Counted from the stretch's first letter, positions 20,169 to 29,778 are shown. The stretch: DNA of 50,013 bases from Chromatiaceae bacterium (GCA_012965975.1 DTRM01000123.1:1-50013), one strand, 5' to 3'. The notes: generated from the letters alone by a model not told the origin. Numbers and translations are program-made.

Positions 20169-22256
20169 TTACACGGAACCATATCCATCTGCGCCTGGTA
20201 GCCAGCGCGACACTAGACCATCAACGCATTGGGGGTAAGTTTGCAACATCTCGTCGGCTGTGGATCTGACGGCATCAATCAGGTGTTGATCGCGTAACAC
20301 ATCGGCGATCCGCATGGACTGGATTCCCGACTGACGGGTTCCTAACACTTCTCCCGGTCCGCGTAATTCGAGGTCCTTGCGCGAGACTTCAAATCCATCA
20401 TTGGTATCTCGCATGGTCGCCAATCGTTGTTGTGCGACCTGTGATAAGGGTGCCTTGTACAATAATACGCAATGACTCTTTGCCTCACCGCGACCGACGC
20501 GGCCACGTAGCTGATGTAGCTGTGACAAACCCAGTCGCTCGGCGTTCTCAATAATCATCAGACTGGCGTTGGGCACGTCTACACCCACCTCAATTACCGT
20601 GGTCGCAACCAACAGTTGCAAGCTGCCATTTTTAAAAGACGCCATTACCGGATCACGTTCGGCAGCCGTCATACGCCCGTGCACCAAACCCACCGACAAT
20701 TGCGGTAGTGCCTCTCGTAGCAATACGACAGACTCCTCTGCCGCCTGACACTGCAACACGTCGGATTCGTCGATCAACGGACAGACCCAATAAACCTGTC
20801 GACCCTCGCGGCACGCGGCCTCAACCCGTTGCACGATGTCGGCGCGACGCGTCTCGGGAATAATCGCCGTCTCGACAGGGGTTCGCCCCGGGGGAAGTTC
20901 ATCGATAACTGAAACGTCAAGATCGGCATACGCAGTCATCGCCAGTGTGCGTGGTATCGGCGTGGCCGTCATCACCAGTTGATGCGGCTGAATGCCATCA
21001 CGGTCGCCCTTCTCAATCAGCGCCAGTCGTTGATGCACGCCAAATCGATGCTGTTCATCGATAACAACCAGACCCAACCGTTCGTAGATCACCTCGCTCT
21101 GAAACAAGGCATGTGTGCCCACCACCATTCTAAGGTCACCCTGCGCTATACGCTGCAAAGTCTCGCTGCGAGCATTACCTTTGATACGACCACTAAGAAA
21201 CCCAACTTCGACGCCCAACGGAAACAGCCAATCGCCCAAACTACGCAGATGTTGTTCGGCCAGCATCTCGGTCGGTGCCATGACCACCACTTGATAACCC
21301 GAATCGATACAATGCAAGGCCGCAAGTGCGGCGACCAGTGTCTTGCCGCAACCCACATCCCCCTGCAGTAATCGCAACATAGGATAGGCTTGCGCCAGAT
21401 CGGCACTGATCTCATCACTCACTCTGGACTGTGCCGAGGTCGGTGTGAACGGCAACTGCTCGAGCAACTGCTGCGCCAGACCGGTGGTGATCGACTCAAT
21501 CACCGGCGCACGTTTTTGCTGCACGTGTTGTCGCGTACGGCGCATGCTCACCTGGTGCGCCAACAGTTCTTCAAAGATAAGCCGCTGGCACACCGGATGT
21601 CTGCCAGATTCCAGTTCGGCCAACACGGCATCGGCCGGCGGATGATGCAAGTAATTCAGTGCATCAATCAAACTGGGCAAGCCATGACTGGCCAGAAGCA
21701 CCTCGGGTAAAACCGAGGCGTCTTCAACACCCTCGGCAGTCAGCGAGGCCAGTGCCTGCATCATCAACTTACGCAAGGTGAGTTGATGCACGCCGTCAGT
21801 GGTGGGATAGACTGGCGTTAAACACGATTCGAGGGGGGGGGACTCTTCGGCGTCGAGGTACTGGATTTCCGGGTGAATAAATTCCAGTGTCGACTGGCCG
21901 GGTCGTACCTCACCAAAGATACGGATGCGTTCACCGCGCTGCATGCGCGCGGCCTGTGTCGCGGAATAATGAAATAATCTCAGGGTAGCCGAACCGGTAC
22001 CATCACTGATACGGCATAACAGGGAACGTCTGCGACCAAAGCGCGTCTCACATAGATCAATCGTGCCTTCGGCCACCACGTTTTCATAGGGTCGCAGGCT
22101 GCCAAGCGAACGCAGACGGGTGCGGTCCTGATAACGATTTGGCAGGTGGAACCACAGGTCTTGCACCTGCTGCACGTCGATTCGGGTCAATCGTGCGGCA
22201 ACCTTCGCACCGACGCCCTTTAGCGCAGTAACGCTGTCGCCTCCTTTCACCGGCAT
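20169..22256 (-). CDS. recG: ATP-dependent DNA helicase RecG
   Basis: A wedge domain (LKGVGAKVAARL......VQDLWFHLPNRYQDRT) is followed by the helicase motifs LLQGDVGCGKT, VIDEQHRFGV, MTATPIPRT, QLHQLRGRVGRG and the TRG region. The start is placed at the ATG (MPVKGG) rather than the upstream TTG. Confidence 0.92.
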   Translation of the reverse strand: MPVKGGDSVTALKGVGAKVAARLTRIDVQQVQDLWFHLPNRYQDRTRLRSLGSLRPYENVVAEGTIDLCETRFGRRRSLLCRISDGTGSATLRLFHYSATQAARMQRGERIRIFGEVRPGQSTLEFIHPEIQYLDAEESPPLESCLTPVYPTTDGVHQLTLRKLMMQALASLTAEGVEDASVLPEVLLASHGLPSLIDALNYLHHPPADAVLAELESGRHPVCQRLIFEELLAHQVSMRRTRQHVQQKRAPVIESITTGLAQQLLEQLPFTPTSAQSRVSDEISADLAQAYPMLRLLQGDVGCGKTLVAALAALHCIDSGYQVVVMAPTEMLAEQHLRSLGDWLFPLGVEVGFLSGRIKGNARSETLQRIAQGDLRMVVGTHALFQSEVIYERLGLVVIDEQHRFGVHQRLALIEKGDRDGIQPHQLVMTATPIPRTLAMTAYADLDVSVIDELPPGRTPVETAIIPETRRADIVQRVEAACREGRQVYWVCPLIDESDVLQCQAAEESVVLLREALPQLSVGLVHGRMTAAERDPVMASFKNGSLQLLVATTVIEVGVDVPNASLMIIENAERLGLSQLHQLRGRVGRGEAKSHCVLLYKAPLSQVAQQRLATMRDTNDGFEVSRKDLELRGPGEVLGTRQSGIQSMRIADVLRDQHLIDAVRSTADEMLQTYPQCVDGLVSRWLPGADGYGSV

Positions 22257-22338
22257 TTGCGCACGATTGCGGGTTACTGCCAAACCCCGACCTCCTGATA
22301 CACTGATACCCCTAACCTTCGCCTACCATAACTGAAAG

Positions 22339-22511
22339 ATGACTCAACAGCAGATTTTTCATATCGACACCCACGGTCGCGGCACCTACCACATCAGCCA
22401 ATCGGTACAAGAGATAGTCGCGCAGCACTGGGCACTTGGCAGGGGCTTTATCTATGGGAACACCGAAACGGAAGTTTTCGTCGTCAGATCACCGTCACCA
22501 CACTAGGTTAG
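22339..22511 (+). pseudogene. yjbQ: yjbQ-family (UPF0047, secondary thiamine-phosphate synthase) remnant with a roughly 80-codon internal deletion and frameshift
   Basis: The first frame reads MTQQQIFHIDTHGRGTYHISQSVQEIVAQ, which is YjbQ N-terminus-like. From about 22428 a different frame reads [27 protein letters not shown], the typical YjbQ C-terminus (GTWQGI.L.EHR...R....T..G). The middle of the protein, including the HTSASL region, is missing. Confidence 0.55.
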
Positions 22512-22888
22512 ACCTCGGCAACACCATCCATTTCCACGGGCACACCTTTAGGTAGACCCGCAACCTCAACCGCCGCACGCGCGGGATAGGGTTCGGTAAA
22601 ATACTCCGCCATGACCTGATTCACCAATGGAAAGTGGCTGAGATCGGTGAGAAAGATATTCAATTTCACGATATTGGAGAAATCACCCCCCGCAGCGGCC
22701 AGCACCGCGGTGAGATTGTCGAACACTTGGCGGATATTCGCCTCCATATCACCATCCACCACTTCCATCGTTTCCGGTACCAACGGGATTTGTCCCGACA
22801 GGTATACCGTCGAACCCACTTTAACCGCTTGAGAGTAGGTGCCAATCGCCTGCGGCGCCTTATCAGTTGCTATAATTTCATGTGCCAC
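22508..22888 (-). CDS. ridA: RidA family reactive-intermediate (enamine/imine) deaminase
   Basis: [40 protein letters not shown]...[19 protein letters not shown] are typical YjgF/RidA motifs. The protein is 126 aa. Confidence 0.9.
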   Translation of the reverse strand: MAHEIIATDKAPQAIGTYSQAVKVGSTVYLSGQIPLVPETMEVVDGDMEANIRQVFDNLTAVLAAAGGDFSNIVKLNIFLTDLSHFPLVNQVMAEYFTEPYPARAAVEVAGLPKGVPVEMDGVAEV

Positions 22889-22927
22889 TTTCGTTCCTCC
22901 GCTGTTATGGAACCGTTGCCTGATTCC

Positions 22928-25105
22928 TTAAACCAATCGAGTAATTCGCATTACCGATTGTATTAATCGTATTTGTCTCATCACATTGGCCAGATGGGTT
23001 CTGTCGCTGACCGCAATCGTAAAAATCATCGCTGAGGTCATACCATCACGCTCATCAATACTGACATTCTCCACATTACAGTCCTGCTCTGAAATAGTTG
23101 CCGCGACGGTGGCTAGCACACCACGGCGGTTGGCAACGTCCACCCGGATCTCGGTCAGAAACTCGCCAACCCCCCCTCGGTCAGGTGACCACTCCACTTC
23201 AATCCAGGTATCGGGTCGCTTGCGGAAGTCGGTCAGATTGGTACACGCAGCATGATGAATGTTAATACCGCTGCCGGCACTGAACAGGCCGATGATCGGA
23301 TCGCCAGGAATCGGGTGACAACATCGCGCCATATTGACCACCATGCCTTCTGTTCCCTTGATCATTAACGGACGACTGCCCTCCTGATGATCACCGGAAT
23401 GGACATCTTCAGACTCTGGAATCATGCGCCGCACCACCAGTCTCGGCAACCGGTTACCCAGACCAATCTCAGCCAATAACTCGTCGACCTTCTTTAATCC
23501 AAACTCCTCGAGCAATGGCGCCAGTGTCGCGAAATCCATATCCTCAGCCGAGCGACCATGCGCTTCGAGTTCTTTCTGCAACAGACGCTGACCGAACACC
23601 ACGGCCTCATGGGTACTGGAGGTCTTTAAAAAGCTGCGGATATTCGCCCTCGCCTTACCAGTCGCGACAAAGTTGAGCCAAGTGGGATTGGGACGTGCGC
23701 CTGGAGCCGTAACAATCTCAACGGTCTGCCCATTCAACAACACGGTACGTAACGGCGCGAGTCGGCGATTGATTTTTCCGGCCACGCACGTGTTGCCAAT
23801 GTCAGTATGTACCGCGTAAGCAAAATCGACTACCGTCGCACCACGCGGCAACTCCATAATCTCACCCGCCGGGGTGAACACGTATACCTCGTCGGGGAAC
23901 AGGTCGATCTTCACATTCTCGATGAACTCTATCGAATCGCCCGCGCCTTTTTGCATCTCCAGCAAACCATGAACCCACTTGTGCGCACGCGCCTGCGCTG
24001 CCGAGCTGGAATCATCATTGAGTTTATACAGCCAATGGGCAGCAATACCCGACTCGGCAAACTGATTCATATCGGTACTGCGAATCTGGATTTCTACTGG
24101 CACCCCATGAGGGCCGAACAACACCGTATGCAGCGACTGGTAACCGTTTGACTTGGGGATCGCGATGTAATCCTTAAAGCGTCCCGGCACCGGTTTGAAC
24201 AGGTTGTGCATCATACCCAACACGCGATAACAGGTATCCACCTTATCCACCACGATGCGAAAGGCATAAACGTCAAACACCTCAGCAAACGGCAACTTCT
24301 TGTCTCGCATTTTTTTGTAGATGCTGTAGGGATGCTTCTCGCGCCCACTGATCGAACCTTCTATCTTTTCCTGTCGCATCCGCCGCTTGACCGCAGTATC
24401 AACATTGCCAACCAGTTGCTTGCGATTGCCCCGCGCCTTACGCACCGCCTCCGAGATAACTCGGTAACGCCCCGGATACTGTGTCGAAAAACACAGATCT
24501 TCGAGTTCCAGTCGCATCGTATTCATACCCAGGCGATTCGCGATTGGAACGTATATGTCCATGGTTTCTCGAGCAATACGTCGCTGTTTATCCATCGGCA
24601 TGGACACCAGCGTACGCATATTGTGTAGCCGATCTGCGAGTTTGATCAAAATCACTCGAATATCGTTGGCCATCGCCAACAACATCTTGCGCAGGTTTTC
24701 AGCCTGCGCCTCGGCATAGGAACCAAAATCAATCAGGGTTAGCTTGCTGACACCATCCACCAACTCCGCGACCTCACTGCCGAATTCATCGGCTAACTGA
24801 TCCTTTGCTGTGGTGGTGTCTTCGATGACATCATGAAGAATCCCGGCGATGATGCTTTGGTAATCCATGCGCATTTCGGCGAGCGTTTTAGCTACTGCGA
24901 TGGGGTGATAGATATAAGGTTCACCAGAAACTCGGCGTTGTCCTTCATGTGCCTCAGCACCAAACAGATAGGCGCGGTATACCTCGCGCACTTGCTTGGG
25001 TTCAAGATAATTCTCGAGAAACGAGCACAGGTCGCTAATTAAAAATCGGGGGCGCTCTCGAGAACTGGGTTTTGCTGACGGGGTGTCAGCATCTTTTTTA
25101 GGCAT
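22928..25105 (-). CDS. spoT: bifunctional (p)ppGpp synthetase / guanosine-3',5'-bis(diphosphate) 3'-pyrophosphohydrolase
   Basis: The HD hydrolase region (HEGQRRVSGEPYIYHPIAVA..L.....D...I.AGILHDVIEDT) is followed by the synthetase region (GREKHPYSIYKKM...F.EV.D.YAFRI.V, YQSLHT). TGS and C-terminal ACT regions follow. The protein is 725 aa. Confidence 0.92.
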   Translation of the reverse strand: MPKKDADTPSAKPSSRERPRFLISDLCSFLENYLEPKQVREVYRAYLFGAEAHEGQRRVSGEPYIYHPIAVAKTLAEMRMDYQSIIAGILHDVIEDTTTAKDQLADEFGSEVAELVDGVSKLTLIDFGSYAEAQAENLRKMLLAMANDIRVILIKLADRLHNMRTLVSMPMDKQRRIARETMDIYVPIANRLGMNTMRLELEDLCFSTQYPGRYRVISEAVRKARGNRKQLVGNVDTAVKRRMRQEKIEGSISGREKHPYSIYKKMRDKKLPFAEVFDVYAFRIVVDKVDTCYRVLGMMHNLFKPVPGRFKDYIAIPKSNGYQSLHTVLFGPHGVPVEIQIRSTDMNQFAESGIAAHWLYKLNDDSSSAAQARAHKWVHGLLEMQKGAGDSIEFIENVKIDLFPDEVYVFTPAGEIMELPRGATVVDFAYAVHTDIGNTCVAGKINRRLAPLRTVLLNGQTVEIVTAPGARPNPTWLNFVATGKARANIRSFLKTSSTHEAVVFGQRLLQKELEAHGRSAEDMDFATLAPLLEEFGLKKVDELLAEIGLGNRLPRLVVRRMIPESEDVHSGDHQEGSRPLMIKGTEGMVVNMARCCHPIPGDPIIGLFSAGSGINIHHAACTNLTDFRKRPDTWIEVEWSPDRGGVGEFLTEIRVDVANRRGVLATVAATISEQDCNVENVSIDERDGMTSAMIFTIAVSDRTHLANVMRQIRLIQSVMRITRLV

Positions 25106-25194
25106 TGCCGCAGACCTCTGCAGTAACCCTAGCAGATAAGGTGCTTACAAAGCGGATTTGCGGCCGAGCTATTGGTACGGCCAGCGCGTCTTGT

Positions 25195-25530
25195 TCAGAC
25201 GTCAGTCGTGGCAACCGCGGCCGTATCATCAGCAGCCGGCTCTTTGGCAGTTGCCTCTTTGGCAGTTGCCTCTTTGGCAGTTGCTGCATCAACTTCGGCA
25301 TCTGCAGCGACGGCTTCCGCGTCGAGAACCTCTTCCTGCTGCGAGGCCTGTTCAATGAAAATATTCTCGGCAATCTCTCGTAGAGCCAATACCGTCGGTT
25401 TGTCGTTTTCGACCTCAAGAGGGCTTGAGGCACCTCGGGAAATATCGCGGGCACGCTTGGACGCGACCAAAATCAGTTCAAAGCGGTTATCTACATGTTC
25501 CAGACAATCTTCGACAGTCACTCGTGCCAT
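25195..25530 (-). CDS. rpoZ: DNA-directed RNA polymerase subunit omega, with an extended acidic/Ala-rich repeat tail
   Basis: [30 protein letters not shown] is the canonical RpoZ N-terminus. The protein is 111 aa because of a long C-terminal tail. Confidence 0.9.
   Translation of the reverse strand: MARVTVEDCLEHVDNRFELILVASKRARDISRGASSPLEVENDKPTVLALREIAENIFIEQASQQEEVLDAEAVAADAEVDAATAKEATAKEATAKEPAADDTAAVATTDV
25241..25285. repeat. in-frame 15-bp tandem repeat (3 copies) inside the rpoZ tail
   Basis: TCTTTGGCAGTTGCC occurs 3 times, with one base changed in the last copy. On the coding strand it encodes (ATAKE)x3. Confidence 0.9.
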
Positions 25531-25611
25531 TTTGCTCGTTCCCTATTTGCTGCGCCGACCACGCCGCGTGGCCTAAATTAACAACCAGACCAACCATTAT
25601 ACAACCGAACT

Positions 25612-26259
25612 TCAGGAAGTTGCCAGCAATTCCTCAATCGTTCCCGCCAAACGAGCCTGCTGGGCCGCCAATTGCAAACGATGGGCCTGCACCAAGGCCC
25701 TCAAATCCACCAAGGCATCCTCGAAAACATCGTTAATTACAAGGAAATCGAACTCCGCGTAGTGAGACATCTCGGCCTCGGCGTCGTACATGCGCCGTGC
25801 AATCACCGTCTCATCATCTTGACCGCGACCACGCAAGCGCTGCTCAAGCGCCTGGCGCGATGGCGGCAATACAAAAACCGTGACCACCCCCCGCATCATT
25901 GCACGAACCTGTGCCGCACCCTGCCAGTCGATTTCGAGGATCACATCCTTACCCGCGGCTAAACGCCTTTCAACCGCTATTTTTGACGTACCGTAGAAAT
26001 TATCAAACACCTGGGCGTGCTCCAGAAACGAGCCCGCTTCGCGCATCGACTCGAAGGCCGCCTTATCCACAAAGTGATAATGCTCGCCGTCGACCTCACC
26101 CTCGCGCGCTATCCGGGTCGTATGCGAGACCGACACTTCAATGTTGGCATCGGATTCAACCAACGCCGCAACCAAACTGGTCTTGCCCGCACCGGAGGGT
26201 GCCGACACAACATACAAGGTTCCTGCACACTGCTCAGAATTACCGTTCAAAACTATCAC
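25612..26259 (-). CDS. gmk: guanylate kinase
   Basis: GTLYVVSAPSGAGKTSL...VSHTTR..R.GE.DG.HY.FV......F.....G.FLE.A.VF.N.YGT matches Gmk. The GTG start call is uncertain. Confidence 0.9.
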   Translation of the reverse strand: MIVLNGNSEQCAGTLYVVSAPSGAGKTSLVAALVESDANIEVSVSHTTRIAREGEVDGEHYHFVDKAAFESMREAGSFLEHAQVFDNFYGTSKIAVERRLAAGKDVILEIDWQGAAQVRAMMRGVVTVFVLPPSRQALEQRLRGRGQDDETVIARRMYDAEAEMSHYAEFDFLVINDVFEDALVDLRALVQAHRLQLAAQQARLAGTIEELLATS

Positions 26260-26332
26260 CTGTTTACGACTGAAGAACTATTCGTCAGAATAAAGAGATA
26301 GGCTCACGCCCCACAATTAGTTGCTTGATACC

Positions 26333-27721
26333 ATGAAACCAACCCATACCAAACCAAAATTTTCGTCTTTTGCGTTTTCGGCCGAGATCGCTAACGCAAT
26401 CAAAGACGCGGGATTTGAGCACCCGACGGCAATTCAGGCTCAGGCCATGCCCGCCGTGCTATCGGGTAAAGATGTGCTCGCACGGGCAGATACGGGGTCC
26501 GGGAAAACTGCAGCTTTCGTGTTACCGCTACTAAGCAATCTGAGCAACAAGAGCCTCTACGGCAACTCAGGGCTGGAGAGTCGACTCAGCAACACCGAGC
26601 GCGCCCATGGTAACACTGTACAAATCCTAATTTTAGTGCCGACCCGAGAACTCGCGATCCAGATAGGAGACGTCTTCGCTCAATTTGCCAAGGACATTCG
26701 ACCACCTATCAAATGCCAAAGCGTATTTGGTGGGGTGAAAATTAACCCGCAGATGATGGCCTTGCGTGGTGGCGCCGATGTGCTGATTGCGACACCGGGG
26801 CGACTGCTCGATTTGATCGCTCAAAACGCCATCAAGTTTAATCGGCTTAAAGTCTTGGTGATTGACGAAGTCGACCGCCTAATGAAGGGAGACTTCGAGG
26901 AAGAGATAAAACAGATTCGACAACACCTACCCAACAAACGCCAGAACCTGATGTTCACCGCCACCTTTCCGGACAGCATCCGCACGATTGTTCGCCAGAT
27001 TATGCGCAGCCCAACCATCATCGACATCGACAATGCGAACAACAATAAAAAGATAGGCCAACGCGTAATCACCGTCAACCACAACAAAAAGAATGCGCTG
27101 CTGGCATCGCTGTTAAATGAAAATGACTGGTCTCAAGTACTGATCTTTTGCAGCGCAAAACGGACATGTGACCACTTGGTTCGAAAGCTGGAGAGACACA
27201 GCATCAAGGCCGTCGCTACGCATGGGAATAAAAAACAGTCCGAGCGCTCGCAAGCGTTGAGTGACTTCAAGTCAGGCACAACACGCATACTCATTGCCAC
27301 TGATGTTGCGGCACGCGGCATCGATATTGGAGACCTTCCCTGCATCATTAATTATGATTTACCGCGTTCCCCCAATGATTATATTCATCGCATTGGTCGT
27401 ACTGGCCGCGCAGGACAAGAAGGCCTGGCCATATCGCTGATTGCGCACCACGAATACCCTCACTTCAAGGTTATTGAACGGCACAATGATCTGGATCTCG
27501 AATGGGAACAAGTCACTGGGTTCGAAGCAGACAAGGTCGCACCTCCGCCACCCACCAGCACCAGTCCGAAAAAGCTCAAGAAGGCGAAAAACAAGAAGAA
27601 ACCGTCAAAAAAGAAGCGGCTCGCCGCAAAGAGCGCGGATGGAGAAAAGATTCAACAACAAGAATCGGACAAAGAAAATAGCTCGGCGGCCAATACCAAT
27701 GTATGGGGCAATTCAGACTGA
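26333..27721 (+). CDS. DEAD-box-family RNA helicase with variant motifs (DEVD) and a Lys-rich C-terminal tail
   Basis: FSSFAF...I......F..PT.IQ is followed by ADTGSGKTAAF (motif I variant), PTRELA, TPGRL, VIDEVDRL (motif II reads DEVD, not DEAD) and TAT (motif III). IFCSAK, ARGIDI and [10 protein letters not shown] follow. The tail is KKLKKAKNKKKPSKKKR. The start is set at the ATG (26333), not the upstream TTG. Confidence 0.85.
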   Translation: MKPTHTKPKFSSFAFSAEIANAIKDAGFEHPTAIQAQAMPAVLSGKDVLARADTGSGKTAAFVLPLLSNLSNKSLYGNSGLESRLSNTERAHGNTVQILILVPTRELAIQIGDVFAQFAKDIRPPIKCQSVFGGVKINPQMMALRGGADVLIATPGRLLDLIAQNAIKFNRLKVLVIDEVDRLMKGDFEEEIKQIRQHLPNKRQNLMFTATFPDSIRTIVRQIMRSPTIIDIDNANNNKKIGQRVITVNHNKKNALLASLLNENDWSQVLIFCSAKRTCDHLVRKLERHSIKAVATHGNKKQSERSQALSDFKSGTTRILIATDVAARGIDIGDLPCIINYDLPRSPNDYIHRIGRTGRAGQEGLAISLIAHHEYPHFKVIERHNDLDLEWEQVTGFEADKVAPPPPTSTSPKKLKKAKNKKKPSKKKRLAAKSADGEKIQQQESDKENSSAANTNVWGNSD

Positions 27722-27749
27722 GGCCTAAGCGCTGACCGAATCCTCATGC

Positions 27750-27781
27750 TTTAGCCAAAGATTGGTGGCTAAATTGTTATT
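27750..27781 (+). terminator. intrinsic terminator after the DEVD-box helicase
   Basis: The stem is TTTAGCCA (27750-27757) / TGGCTAAA (27766-27773) with an 8 nt loop. It is followed by TTGTTATT and lies 29 nt after the stop codon. Confidence 0.6.
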
Positions 27782-27812
27782 AGAATATATTTTGTACCTG
27801 CTCATAGATAAA

Positions 27813-27839
27813 TTCAATAATATTGAATTATATCAATAT
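27813..27839. promoter_or_regulatory. overlapping AT-rich palindromes (candidate operator) upstream of the betaine-synthesis genes
   Basis: TTCAATA-A-TATTGAA (27813-27827) is a perfect palindrome. It overlaps ATATTGA-N6-TCAATAT (27820-27839). The site lies about 260-280 nt upstream of the GSMT start. Confidence 0.35.
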
Positions 27840-28095
27840 GTTAATGTCTTTAACGCTCAGCCTTTTTCGACGGTCTGCCACCGCTTTTGTCACCCTAGTT
27901 TCCGCTCCACTTAATCCCACGATATAAATCAAGATAATGCAGCTCAATCCTGTTTAGCTGTCTTTTTTCTTTGCACCCGAATCAATAACCACGGGTATAG
28001 GAGGGAATTTAACGATTCATTGCGTTGTTAATAGTACAATGCACGAATCGGACGCATCTGCATAAGAACCACGTCCTCGAAAAAGGATCAGCAAA

Positions 28096-28908
28096 TTGAA
28101 CACACCAAAACAGCAAAACTATGGCGACGACCCACTTTCGGTACGCGAATCGGATAAATATCAGGAAGAGTATGTGCATGCCTTTGTCGACCAGTGGGAT
28201 GCGCTGATCGACTGGGAAGGACGCGCCAAGTCAGAGGGTGAATTCTTCATTGAAAAACTGCGCGAACTTGGCGTAAAGAAAGTGCTCGACGTGGCTACCG
28301 GCACCGGCTTTCATTCGGTGCAATTACTTAAGGCAGGCTTTGAGGTCACTAGCGTAGACGGCAGCCCGACCATGCTGGCCAAGGCTTTTGAAAACGCCCG
28401 AAAACGTGGTTATATCCTGCGCACTGTGCAGGCTGATTGGCGCTGGCTGAATCGTGACGTTCACGACCTCTATGATGCCGTTATTTGTCTTGGTAACTCC
28501 TTTACCCATTTACATGAAGAAAATGATCGCCGTAAATCCCTAGCGGAGTACTACGCCACCCTGCGTCACGATGGCAAACTAGTTCTTGATCAACGCAACT
28601 ACGATGCCTTGCTCGATAAAAAAATTAAGCCCGGCCACAACTACTACTATTGTGGTGATGAAGTTGAAGCAACCCCGGAACATGTAGATGAGTCATTGGC
28701 TCGATTTAGATATGCGTTTCAGGGTGGTGATACCTTCCATCTTAATATGTTCCCGCTGCGTAAAAAGTACGTGAGACAACTCATGAAAGAAGTTGGTTTC
28801 CAAAAAATAACCACCTATGGTGACTTCAAGGAAACCTATCGAAATACAGAACCGGATTTTTTTGTGCATGTTGCTGAGAAGGCCTATCACGCCGAGGAAA
28901 AAAAATGA
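28096..28908 (+). CDS. glycine/sarcosine N-methyltransferase (GSMT)
   Basis: The sequence is collinear, from memory, with Halorhodospira halochloris GSMT. Shared segments include DPL.VR..D.Y.EEYV..FVD.WD.LIDW..RAKSEG.FFI and LD.ATGTGFHSV.LL.AGF.V. They also include MLAKAFEN.RKRG.ILRTVQ.DWRWLNRD.H, ICLGNSFTHL, LDQRNYD, FLNMFPLRK.Y and VGFQKI.TYGDFK.TYR...PDFF.HVAEK. The start codon is TTG. Confidence 0.85.
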   Translation: MNTPKQQNYGDDPLSVRESDKYQEEYVHAFVDQWDALIDWEGRAKSEGEFFIEKLRELGVKKVLDVATGTGFHSVQLLKAGFEVTSVDGSPTMLAKAFENARKRGYILRTVQADWRWLNRDVHDLYDAVICLGNSFTHLHEENDRRKSLAEYYATLRHDGKLVLDQRNYDALLDKKIKPGHNYYYCGDEVEATPEHVDESLARFRYAFQGGDTFHLNMFPLRKKYVRQLMKEVGFQKITTYGDFKETYRNTEPDFFVHVAEKAYHAEEKK

Positions 28909-29744
28909 GCGCGGCCTATTCCGAGGTCGTGGAAACGGCTCGCCAGTACTACAACAGTAAAGATGCTGATAATTTCTACTTCCACGTCTGGGGCGGCGAG
29001 GACATTCACATTGGTCTTTATGAGGATGATGAAGAACCGATCGCTGATGCATCAGCTCGCACGGTTAGACACATGGCAGAATCCGTCTCACACCTCAACA
29101 CTGGCTCACAGGTTTTAGATCTAGGCGCCGGTTACGGTGGCTCTGCGCGCCACCTTGCAAGAGTATATAGCTGCCATGTGACTGCGCTCAATCTGAGCGA
29201 AACTGAAAATAAGCGCAACCGTGTAATGAACGCAGAACAAGGCTTTAGCGAAACGATAAAAGTCGCCGATGGCAGCTTTGAAGATATCCCCGCAGAAGAT
29301 CAATCCTTCGATCTAGCGTGGTCACAAGATGCGATCTTGCATTCGGGACACCGTAAACGCGTCATGGATGAGGTTGATCGCATCCTAAAACCGGGTGGTG
29401 AATTTATATTCACAGACCCAATGCAAGCCGACGACTGCCCTGCCGGAGTACTCAAACCGGTACTGGATCGCATTCATCTGGACAGCCTCGGCTCGTTCGC
29501 ATTTTATCGCGCACAGGCTCAACGCCTCGGCTGGCAAGAGATTGGCGTGGCTGATCTAACTCACCAACTGGTTAAGCACTACACCCGAGTCCGCCAGGAA
29601 CTGACAAAACGACGTGAAGGCTTAGTAGGCATCGTATCCGATGAGTACATGGCCCGCATGATTCAAGGGCTAGGCCATTGGATTGATGCCGGCGACAACG
29701 GTTATTTGGCTTGGGGCGTCCTGCATTTCAGAAAACCTGAATGA
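28905..29744 (+). CDS. sarcosine/dimethylglycine N-methyltransferase (SDMT)
   Basis: VETARQYYNSKDADNFYFHVWGGEDIHIGLYEDDEEPIADASARTV and the SAM-binding segment VLDLGAGYGGSARHLA match the SDMT family. The start overlaps the GSMT stop (ATGA). Confidence 0.85.
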   Translation: MSAAYSEVVETARQYYNSKDADNFYFHVWGGEDIHIGLYEDDEEPIADASARTVRHMAESVSHLNTGSQVLDLGAGYGGSARHLARVYSCHVTALNLSETENKRNRVMNAEQGFSETIKVADGSFEDIPAEDQSFDLAWSQDAILHSGHRKRVMDEVDRILKPGGEFIFTDPMQADDCPAGVLKPVLDRIHLDSLGSFAFYRAQAQRLGWQEIGVADLTHQLVKHYTRVRQELTKRREGLVGIVSDEYMARMIQGLGHWIDAGDNGYLAWGVLHFRKPE

Positions 29745-29778
29745 GCCCTAGAACCATATGATTTCACTGCGCGAAAGA

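Noticed and set aside
27876-27890. A sigma-54-like sequence, TGCCAC-N5-TTGT, upstream of GSMT
   Set aside because: The invariant -24 GG is GC here and the -12 GC is GT. Both essential dinucleotides are broken.
27722-28095. A glycine, SAM or SAH riboswitch in the long leader of the methyltransferase genes
   Set aside because: I could not find the conserved cores of these riboswitch classes by eye, and the leader is mostly A/T with short palindromes. A covariance-model scan (Rfam/Infernal) would be needed to exclude this fully.
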